DNA of 61,918 nt from a virus. Taxonomy: Duplodnaviria > Caudoviricetes. The notes beneath the pieces are model-generated. The model was not told the origin of the DNA. It ran no database searches and worked only from the letters and a program-made list of their open reading frames with translations. Location: IMG/VR virus record IMGVR_UViG_3300037852_000239, positions 1 to 61,918 of that record; one strand, given 5' to 3'. Made by a program: the position numbers and the translations under genes. Shown here piece after piece: positions 9,068 to 16,662 of the stretch. Numbering within the stretch: the first letter of the stretch is position 1; each line of letters opens with the position of its first letter.

Positions 9068-9159
9068 AGGGTGACACGTCGCTGGTCGTGCTGTTCGTGG
9101 CCACGTGTGTGCTCGCCGCACTGTGGTTTGCGGTGATTCTCTGGGGAGGAGGGTTCTGA
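9064..9159 (+). CDS. small single-TM peptide (31 aa)
   Basis: MKGDTSLVVLFVATCVLAALWFAVILWGGGF; ATGA and TGATG overlaps on both sides. Confidence 0.6.
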   Translation: MKGDTSLVVLFVATCVLAALWFAVILWGGGF

Positions 9160-9377
9160 TGGCCAAAGGTTTGTCCGGGCGCTACCACCGCCTGCGGCAG
9201 GCGCTCGCGCGCGGCCCGTGGCGGCCGAAATACCCCAGACGGACGTCTGGGTCGGTGGTGGTCCAGTCGCCGATCGTGGCGCTGCCCAAGTCAGGGTCCG
9301 TCGTCGTCCACACCGGCGCGGAGGTCGTGGCCGTGGTGACCACGCTGGTTGAACAATGGCTGCGGCGGAGGCCATGA
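9159..9377 (+). CDS. hypothetical protein
   Basis: GGAGGAGG RBS; coupled start and stop. Confidence 0.6.
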   Translation: MAKGLSGRYHRLRQALARGPWRPKYPRRTSGSVVVQSPIVALPKSGSVVVHTGAEVVAVVTTLVEQWLRRRP

Positions 9378-9622
9378 TGGCGAGCCCGATGACCTTGGTG
9401 GTCAACGCGGCGGTGCAACAAGCCACGACCCGGGCCGCGCGCATCGACGCGCTGGCGCCCGACCGGCGCGAGGCCGCGCTGGCCGCCGAACGCTATCTCC
9501 AACACGGGCTGCACCCGCGCCATGAGTCGCGCGAGGCGTGGTTGGCGACCCGGCGGGCGTGGCGAGAGGCGCCACCGCGGTTGTGGGTGTGGCGGCGGTT
9601 GCTCGCCAAGGCTAGGGGCTGA
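9374..9622 (+). CDS. hypothetical protein
   Basis: GGAGG RBS; ATGA overlap. Confidence 0.55.
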   Translation: MMASPMTLVVNAAVQQATTRAARIDALAPDRREAALAAERYLQHGLHPRHESREAWLATRRAWREAPPRLWVWRRLLAKARG

Positions 9623-9624
9623 CC

Positions 9625-10189
9625 ATGCGCGTGCTGGTCGCCTGTGAGTTCTCCGGAGTGGTGCGGGAGGCGTTCCGTGCAAGGGGGCATGATGCGTGGT
9701 CGTGCGATCTGCTGCCCTCGGAGATCCCCAGCGGTCGGCATTTCGAGATGCACGTTGAGCGGCTGCTGGAAGGCGACGACGATTGGGATCTCCTGATCGC
9801 ACATCCTCCATGTACGTATCTGGCTGTAAGCGGTGCCCGGTGGTTAAAGTCTCGGCGTCACGAGCAGATACATGCACTGGAGTTCGTGCGTACCTTGCTC
9901 ACTGCGGGAGTTCCCCGCATCGCGTTGGAGAACCCGGTCGGTGTTATCAGCACGATGGTGCGCAAGCCCGACCAGATCATCCAGCCGTGGCAGTTCGGCC
10001 ACGGCGAAACCAAGGCCACGGTGCCTCTGGCTGAAGGGACTGCCCAAGCTTCAGCCGACGAATGTGGTACCAGGCCGGCAGGGACGTGTGCATCACGAGC
10101 CTCCACATCCGGATCGCTGGAAGCGCCGGAGCCGCACGTATCAAGGCATCGCCGACGCGATGGCCGAGCAATGGGGGAGGGGCCTCTGA
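9625..10189 (+). pseudogene. phage DNA cytosine methylase-like gene with a +1 frameshift at ~10021
   Basis: MRVLVACEFSG...WSCDL...IAHPPCTYL...ALENP...HGETKAT, then CLWLKGLP...RSRTYQGIADAMAEQWG in the next frame (one extra G); the shifted stop overlaps the next ATG (TGATG). Confidence 0.8.
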
Positions 10190-10528
10190 TGGATCCGCGT
10201 CGCGGCACGTTGTGGCAGCGCTTCTGGCCCAAGGTCCAGCTCGCGCCGAACGGCTGTTGGATCTGGCAGGGCGCGAGAGGCCGCCGCTCAGCGCAAGGGG
10301 CTAGATGGGCGGCTGCGCAAAGGCGGCCGGGGCGCAGGGCACGTCAGCCCGCATCGCCAGGTGCTGATCTGGGCGTGCGGCCCTCCACCCACCCCCGACC
10401 ACCAAGCGTGTCACCAATGCCCCAACCCCACCGAACACTCGACCTTGTGCGTCAATCCCTACCATTTGTACTGGGGGACACAGGTGGAGAATGAAGCGGA
10501 TAAGCGAAGCGCTCGCGCGCAGCCCTGA
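10189..10528 (+). pseudogene. HNH endonuclease with a +1 frameshift at ~10275-10295
   Basis: RFWPKV...GCWIWQGA, then in the +1 frame HRQVL...ACHQC...LCVNPYHLYWGTQVENEAD*, an HNH/His-Cys motif. Confidence 0.75.
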
Positions 10529-10530
10529 CT

Positions 10531-12585
10531 ATGCAACCTAAATTCCAGAAGCCTGACGCCTGCCGCGGCTGCGACCTCGCCCTGCGCGGCACTGGGTTCG
10601 TCCCACCGGACGGCCCCGCCTCGGCGCGGCTGGTGTTCATGGCCGAAGCCGCCGGCCCCGAGGAAGTCATCGTCGGCCGCGGGCTGGTCGGCGCGGCCGG
10701 CGGCGTTCACACGCGCGTGCTGCACCGAGCGGGGATCAACCGCGAGTTGACGCGCACGACAAACGCCATTTGGTGTCTGCCTCCTGGCATGTGGTTTGAT
10801 GAAAAAGCCCCGTGGTATTTTCCAGCACTCAGTCATTGTGCCGTCCATCGATCGCGCGCGCTCGCTGACGTCCCCGACAACGGGGTGGTGGTCGCCCTCG
10901 GGGGCGTCGCCCTGCGCACCGTGTTGAACCTCCACGGCACCCCCGGCGTCCGCGTCGACGAGTTCCACCACACGGTCAACCGGGATCCCACCGACCGCTT
11001 CTGGGTGGTGCCGACCTTTCACCCGAGTCACTTGCAACGCGGCGCGATGTCGCTGCTCGAGGTAGTTTCTGATGCGTATCGATTATCAGATCGAATTGCG
11101 ACTCACGGGTTCACTCGATCAGCTGTGTCGCTGGTGGTCGACCCATCGCGAGAATTTGTCGAACGTTGGGTGGACAGCCACTTGGCACGCGTTGCCGCCG
11201 ATCCGGACGGCACCCACCTCAGCCTCGACACCGAGTTCGAGAAGAAAGCCACTGACGAATCGACAACTGACCAAGCGGCTACAGCAGCCAGCGCGCTCAC
11301 GCGCATCAACCTCGCCAACGACCAGACGACCGGGCTGAGCTATCCCTACGCGGGGGAGTATCGTGCGCTGACGGAGCGGTTGTTGGCGGGGATGGCGCGG
11401 CTGGGGGGCATCTGCTGGTTGTGGTTCAAGTATGCCGATTGGGAGCATTTGCGCCGCGCCGGGCACACGCTGGACGGGATCGTGGCCTATGACGGGGCGG
11501 TGGCGTGGCATTACTTGCAGAGCGATCTCCCGATGGGGCTGGGGTTTGTCGCGCCGCTGGCGTCAGACATGGGGCCGTGGAAGCACTGGTCGGAGGACAA
11601 GGCCCGGTTCGGCCAGTATGCGGCGGCTGACGCGGTGCAGAACTGGCGCACGTGTTTGTGGGTGTTCAAGGCGTTGTTGGCGGCTGGCCAATGGACGGTG
11701 TTTGAACAAGACTGGCATGCGCGGGATGAATACGTGCTCCGGCCGAGTCATGCCATGGGTGTCCCGATCAATCGAACAGCGCTCGAGGCCTTCCACCAGG
11801 ATCTCCAGCATAAATACGCGCACGTGCTGAGTGAGATTAAAACCATTGGTGCGCAGGGTGTGTTGAAGCCCAAGGCCGGGTATGCGAAAAAACCAACGCG
11901 TGAACAACCCCCGCAATCTATCCTGGGAGGGCGGAGCAAGAAAACCCCGGACGACGCCAAAGCCACCTACATCGCCGAGAACGTCACGCTCGTTGAGCGC
12001 GAAGTTATACAGGCTGTGCGTGTCTGCCGAACCTGTGGCGCACGCGCTGTTGGCAAAAAACACCGCTGTGGGAAGAAATTTGGCGGAGCGCCTGTGGTAC
12101 TTGCTCTGGAAGATCAGCGAGTATTACGATGGTGGTGGGCGGTTCCCTTTAATCCCAGCAGCTGGCAGCAAGTGTTGTCCTACATCGAAGGGAAAGGCCA
12201 CCAGCCCGGCGTCTCGCGCAAAACCCGGCAACCCACCACCGACGCCGCGAGCCTCAAAAAGCTAGCCGCGGAGACGGGCGATCCGTTGTACCAATTGTTG
12301 TTGGATGGCCGGGCGATTGAAAAGGTGGATTCCAACTATGCCGTGGGGACGTTGTCGCGGCTGGACGAGGATGATCGCATCCATCCTGAGATCACCCCCA
12401 GGACGAGCACCCTCCGCGATAGTTCCATCGGGCCGAACCTGCAGAATGTCATCGCGGACAAGAGCGGGCCGGCGGGGTTGGCGAGTGGCTTCCGCACGTG
12501 TATCGTGAGCCGCGACGGCATCCCGGCGCTGGGCGGGGCGATCCCCCTCTACGAAGCGTGGTTGGATCGCTGGGGGCTGCGGTGA
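10531..12585 (+). CDS. DNA polymerase A N-terminal part: family-4 UDG-like domain + 3'-5' exonuclease + thumb/first palm segment
   Basis: CRGC, AEAAGPEE..GRGLVGAAG and TFHPSHL (UDG-4); LDTEF and YAAADA (exonuclease); GVPIN, FNPSSWQQV, DDRIHP, TLRDSSIGPNLQNV (PolA). Confidence 0.85.
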   Translation: MQPKFQKPDACRGCDLALRGTGFVPPDGPASARLVFMAEAAGPEEVIVGRGLVGAAGGVHTRVLHRAGINRELTRTTNAIWCLPPGMWFDEKAPWYFPALSHCAVHRSRALADVPDNGVVVALGGVALRTVLNLHGTPGVRVDEFHHTVNRDPTDRFWVVPTFHPSHLQRGAMSLLEVVSDAYRLSDRIATHGFTRSAVSLVVDPSREFVERWVDSHLARVAADPDGTHLSLDTEFEKKATDESTTDQAATAASALTRINLANDQTTGLSYPYAGEYRALTERLLAGMARLGGICWLWFKYADWEHLRRAGHTLDGIVAYDGAVAWHYLQSDLPMGLGFVAPLASDMGPWKHWSEDKARFGQYAAADAVQNWRTCLWVFKALLAAGQWTVFEQDWHARDEYVLRPSHAMGVPINRTALEAFHQDLQHKYAHVLSEIKTIGAQGVLKPKAGYAKKPTREQPPQSILGGRSKKTPDDAKATYIAENVTLVEREVIQAVRVCRTCGARAVGKKHRCGKKFGGAPVVLALEDQRVLRWWWAVPFNPSSWQQVLSYIEGKGHQPGVSRKTRQPTTDAASLKKLAAETGDPLYQLLLDGRAIEKVDSNYAVGTLSRLDEDDRIHPEITPRTSTLRDSSIGPNLQNVIADKSGPAGLASGFRTCIVSRDGIPALGGAIPLYEAWLDRWGLR

Positions 12586-13667
12586 TCACCGCCGACGTCT
12601 CCTGTCGATTGCTGGAGATCGACTACGCCGGCATCGAAAACGCGCTGACCGCGTGGTTCCTCTGGCGCCACAACGTCGCCACGGCCGAGGAGGCGCACGA
12701 ATACCTGCGCTGGTGTCAGCTGGGTTTGCACGCGGCCGTGTGCGCCATCCGAGTCGGCGAACCGGCGTGGCCAAACTGGCCCGATGACCAGATCAAGGCC
12801 CACTTGGCCAAGGTGAAGGAGGCGCACCCCATCGAATACGACATCTGCAAGCGCGTGGACCACGGCACGGGCTATGGCCTCACGCCGTTTGGGATGACCG
12901 AGATGTTCCCCGACTACTTCAAGACCTTGAAGGAGGCACAGGAGGGCCAACAATTCCTGTTTACCTTGGCGCCGAGCCTGCCGAAGTGGCACCACGCGGT
13001 GCGGCAGCGCGCGCGCGACGTCGGCTATCTGGGAGGGATTACACTACCCCCGGCGGCGCCGTCCATCTGGGATCATCCCTACGGGTATCGACACTGGTTC
13101 TGGGACGTCCTCAGTTACAAACCGACTGATGAAGTCTCAGCCCGCCGGTGGTTGAACGATCCGCGGCGCGCCGCCCGCGTGGTGCGCTTGCACGGGCGGT
13201 GGTTCCGCGTGGACTATGGCGGCGATTCGAAGCGCACCTGTGCGTTGTACCCCCAGTCCACAGGCGCTGGGGTGCTGAAGCTGGCGGAACTGCGGTTGTT
13301 CCACCCCGCGTCCAGCGATTTCATCGGCGACGCGTATTTTGGGCGCACGCCGTTGCTGCATCCCATCCACGATTCCTTGCTGCTGCACCTACCCAATCGC
13401 GTCTACGACCGGGTGCTGGCGATTGTCGTGCGCGTCATGCAAGACTGGTTGCGCGCGCTGCCCATCCCAGCGGCGTGGAACATGGGGCCCTTCCTGCGCA
13501 TCGGCGTGGCGGCGAAAGGCGGACGCACCTGGGACAGCCGCGACATGGAGAAGTTGCCGGTGGCGCCGATCCGGTTCGGGGTGGAGCATCCGGAGGATGC
13601 GCCGGTGATGGCCGCACAGGAGTCAGATCTGGAAATGTGGAATGCGCTGGCGAGGAGGGTCGCATGA
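12582..13667 (+). CDS. DNA polymerase A C-terminal part (motifs A, B, C)
   Basis: DYAGIENAL (A), CKRVDHGTGYG (B), PQSTGA, IHDSL (C); GTG start overlaps the upstream TGA. Confidence 0.85.
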   Translation: MITADVSCRLLEIDYAGIENALTAWFLWRHNVATAEEAHEYLRWCQLGLHAAVCAIRVGEPAWPNWPDDQIKAHLAKVKEAHPIEYDICKRVDHGTGYGLTPFGMTEMFPDYFKTLKEAQEGQQFLFTLAPSLPKWHHAVRQRARDVGYLGGITLPPAAPSIWDHPYGYRHWFWDVLSYKPTDEVSARRWLNDPRRAARVVRLHGRWFRVDYGGDSKRTCALYPQSTGAGVLKLAELRLFHPASSDFIGDAYFGRTPLLHPIHDSLLLHLPNRVYDRVLAIVVRVMQDWLRALPIPAAWNMGPFLRIGVAAKGGRTWDSRDMEKLPVAPIRFGVEHPEDAPVMAAQESDLEMWNALARRVA

Positions 13668-13903
13668 CAGGCACTGTGGAGCGGCTGCACGACAACGGCC
13701 ATACCGGCTCGATCCACGGCGATGACGACCACCGCTACTACCTCTACCGCGGGAACCTCCAGCGCCTCCAGGCGCACACCTGGGAGGACGTGCGCGTCGG
13801 GACGCGCGTGTCGTTCGGGATTGCCGAGTCGGGGCACGCGCGGGATCAGCCGCGCGCGATTGAAGTGTTGATCGATGATGCCGCACCGCTGGATGGGGTG
13901 TGA
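13664..13903 (+). CDS. divergent cold-shock/OB-fold protein
   Basis: MTGTVERL...GSIHGDDDHRYYLY...VGTRVSF...PRAIEV; AGGAGG RBS, ATGA overlap. Confidence 0.7.
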   Translation: MTGTVERLHDNGHTGSIHGDDDHRYYLYRGNLQRLQAHTWEDVRVGTRVSFGIAESGHARDQPRAIEVLIDDAAPLDGV

Positions 13904-14038
13904 TGGCGTTGAATAGCCGCCCAGATGGCCAGCTCGCGTGTGCGTACTTGGAGGTGTGGCTAGGGCCTCACTGGCTATGCCAAGCGGCGGTGGAGGCGAT
14001 CACCGGACACCCCTGTCGCCTCGCCGATCACACGCATC

Positions 14039-14503
14039 TCATGCCGAAGCTGCTGCCGGCTGCCACGCCACCCCCGTCGCCAGCGTCTCCGCCCAGCGCG
14101 CGATCCGCGCCGGCTCCTGGTGGTCCGCGGTGCTCGCCTTTAGCTGGAGGCTGGCAGCCGCCCACTCCCCAGCCTCGAGGTGCGCCAGCATCTGATGGAA
14201 CCCCAACAACCCCGCCACCCCAAGGTTGTACGCCAGTTGCGCCAGCACCCCCAGGCGCACCTCGTCGATGGCATCCACCCACAGGAGTGCGGCGACGACG
14301 GCGGTGAGAAACTGGTTGAACTGATACGTGAGGACCACAGTGGCCAGCGCCTCGCTCCAGTTGGCACACGCACACCCGTAGCCGATGGTGGGCGTCCCGG
14401 TGGCGTGGATCGGCGCCCCAGTCGCGTCGTCGTAGACGTGCGCGCGAAAGGCCTCGTCCGCCTTCAGCTGGACGAGACAGGCGTTGAAGGTCCAGTCGGT
14501 CAT
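14039..14503 (-). CDS. endolysin, T4-like lysozyme (GH24)
   Basis: LKADEAFRAHVYDD...TIGYG catalytic region; LAYNLGV.GLLGF..ML; ARIARWAETLATG. Confidence 0.85.
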   Translation of the reverse strand: MTDWTFNACLVQLKADEAFRAHVYDDATGAPIHATGTPTIGYGCACANWSEALATVVLTYQFNQFLTAVVAALLWVDAIDEVRLGVLAQLAYNLGVAGLLGFHQMLAHLEAGEWAAASLQLKASTADHQEPARIARWAETLATGVAWQPAAASA

Positions 14504-14646
14504 CGGGCGAGCGGCACCGCCGCGCGGAGCAGCTCCAGAATCGCCAAGAGCACGACGGCAATCCACAACACCGGTTGTGGCTTCACCGCGGAGTAAATGG
14601 CAATGAACAAGGCGAGTACCGCGAGGATCAGCGCAATGGTGATCAT
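14500..14646 (-). CDS. putative holin (48 aa, two TM helices)
   Basis: MITIALILAVLALFIAIYSAVKPQPVLWIAVVLLAILELLRAAVPLAR; ATGA-coupled to the lysozyme; missing from the ORF track. Confidence 0.65.
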   Translation of the reverse strand: MITIALILAVLALFIAIYSAVKPQPVLWIAVVLLAILELLRAAVPLAR

Positions 14647-14652
14647 GTGGGG

Positions 14653-14847
14653 TTACTCCGTGGGCCGGCGCCGAGGTTGCTGTGCCATGGTGACTAATGG
14701 GCGCTGAATCGAGGGCCCCAGCGCCTTGAGCCGCGCCTCTAACGTCGCGATGATGAACTCGCCGGGGGTCTGCCCCTTTCGTGCGGCCACGGCCTGCACC
14801 CGCGTCCAGAGGTCATCCGCCACATGGATGTCGTGCCGGTGCGTCAT
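14653..14847 (-). CDS. ribbon-helix-helix DNA-binding protein
   Basis: HDIHVADDLWTRVQAVAARKGQTPGEFIIATLE fits the RHH/CopG pattern. Confidence 0.7.
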   Translation of the reverse strand: MTHRHDIHVADDLWTRVQAVAARKGQTPGEFIIATLEARLKALGPSIQRPLVTMAQQPRRRPTE

Positions 14848-15311
14848 CCGCGCCCGTCCTTGATCTGTTGCGCGGCTTCGACCTTCTCGATAGCCGCCGC
14901 CTCATGCACGACCAGCGGCATCAGGGCCTTGAGCGCCTTCGCCGCTTCGATCTCGTTGGTGGGGGTTTTTGGGTTGGCGATCTGCACGTCCAGGAGCGCG
15001 ACCAGTTCAGGGAGTTCCACGGGGGTCAACGTGGTCTTGTCGAGTTTCTCCAAGAGGGCGTCTTGTCGAGAATGGGACGGATCGGGATGGTGCAGGCCCG
15101 CCGAGAGGAGATCCTGCACCTGTTTCATCAGCGGCGAGGTCTGCCGGGCCATGTCCAGCTCCAGTTGTCGAATCCGCTGGTTCTGCTCGTCAATCTTTTG
15201 TTCGTGCTTGTCGGTGACGTGGACCCGGTTGCTGTGGCCCTTCAGGTAAATGGCCCAGCCCATGGAGAAGACGGCCACCAACCACGGGATGAACGGCGCG
15301 AGTTCACTCAT
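14844..15311 (-). CDS. N-terminally membrane-anchored coiled-coil protein (lysis-module associated)
   Basis: MSELAPFIPWLVAVFSMGWAIYL TM segment followed by a coiled coil. Confidence 0.6.
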   Translation of the reverse strand: MSELAPFIPWLVAVFSMGWAIYLKGHSNRVHVTDKHEQKIDEQNQRIRQLELDMARQTSPLMKQVQDLLSAGLHHPDPSHSRQDALLEKLDKTTLTPVELPELVALLDVQIANPKTPTNEIEAAKALKALMPLVVHEAAAIEKVEAAQQIKDGRG

Positions 15312-15366
15312 GCTGGTATACTCGGCCCATGATATACCTGTTCGGCTCCATAGTCTGTGCGCTCGG

Positions 15367-16662
15367 CTACTTGCTCGTCGTCGTGGTCGGCGACCGCTGA
15401 TCCGCGTCGGCGTCGGCGGCGGGATCCGCGGCCCCCACCCACGCATGCGCCGCCGCGCGCACAAGGGCCGGCGCCACATACCGAAACGTCTGCGCTCCAG
15501 CGCTGACGCTACGCGCAATGATCGATCGCAGCGGCGCGCCTTCCCGTCCCGCAATCGCCAACAAGGTAATCAACGGATGTTGCGCGGCCCAAAACAAACT
15601 TTTCTCTGACGGGTTTTGCAGCGTGGCCAACCGCTGCGCCACGGCCTCATGCGCGGCGAGCAACTTGGACTCGCGGGCGTTGAGCGCGGCAACATCGGTG
15701 GCGCCCTGACGGGTCGCGAGGCCTTCGATTTCTTCGCGGAGGCCTTTGGCCAATGCCTTTTGGGTTTCGATCGCGGCCCCTTTCAATTCGCCGTAGCCGC
15801 TTTTCCGGCGCAGTTGGGCATAGGTGCCGCGTTTGAGTTCCTGCGCCTGCGCGCCCGTGAGGGGCTGCATCCGTGGCTCGATCCTGGGGGGAGGAAACTG
15901 TGTGTGTGAGGGGTAGAACGTGGGTTTCCCGCGGCCAACAACCGTGGGTTTGCTGTACTGGGGATGTTGGAGGAACTCCTGTGTACTCGCGGACACCGTT
16001 GCTAGATCGTCGACAGGGTTGACCTGCTTGGCCACCATCGCCGCCACGTCCTTCGTCCGGCTGGCCACCGCCTGCGGTGAGATCGTCCCCTTGAGCGATT
16101 GAATCGCGTGACTGAGTTCAAGGTCTGTGGCCTCGATCAGCGTATCCAGCCGGGTCAATCCGCGTTTGGTGACATTCACGCCGTTGGCGATCAACGTCTT
16201 TGCCAAGGCTTGGGTGGAGGTTCTGTAATCCTTCAGTGTCGCGGCGGTGACTTTGCCCAGCGCGCTGCGCATGGCCCACTCGCCGATTTTTGGCGCGACC
16301 GCTTTCGCGGCGACCCCGATGCCCTCGGTCGCACCCCCAACTGCTCCGCTGATGCCGATGTCGGTGGCCGCCTCTGTCATCGTCGCTGGGCCCCCCTTGC
16401 CGCGCGCGCGATTGACGAGTTGGCGTCCCGCGGCGCCAGCCGCCCCTCCCAGCGCGGCGCCGGGGATGGCGCCCGTGACACCCCCGATGGTCATGCCAGC
16501 GGCGGGAATGAGGTCCACCGCCGTATCCGTCCACGTGCGCTTTGCGGGGGCCTTGGGGAGCCCTGACGTGTCCCATGTGCCCTGAGGAGCGGCCCCAGTC
16601 GCCGTGGGCTTCTGGGACGCGGCGGGGAGGCCAGACACGTCCCACGTCTGGGCTTGGGCCAT
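15367..16662 (-). CDS. putative internal virion/DNA-ejection protein
   Basis: Gly/Ala-rich membrane-active segments; WDVSGLP/WDTSGLP duplicated N-terminus; position after tail genes. Confidence 0.55.
   Translation of the reverse strand: MAQAQTWDVSGLPAASQKPTATGAAPQGTWDTSGLPKAPAKRTWTDTAVDLIPAAGMTIGGVTGAIPGAALGGAAGAAGRQLVNRARGKGGPATMTEAATDIGISGAVGGATEGIGVAAKAVAPKIGEWAMRSALGKVTAATLKDYRTSTQALAKTLIANGVNVTKRGLTRLDTLIEATDLELSHAIQSLKGTISPQAVASRTKDVAAMVAKQVNPVDDLATVSASTQEFLQHPQYSKPTVVGRGKPTFYPSHTQFPPPRIEPRMQPLTGAQAQELKRGTYAQLRRKSGYGELKGAAIETQKALAKGLREEIEGLATRQGATDVAALNARESKLLAAHEAVAQRLATLQNPSEKSLFWAAQHPLITLLAIAGREGAPLRSIIARSVSAGAQTFRYVAPALVRAAAHAWVGAADPAADADADQRSPTTTTSK

Noticed and set aside
9625-10494. 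Single 289-aa methylase-HNH fusion from the ORF track
   Set aside because: Chimera produced by two frameshifts; family motifs continue in other frames.
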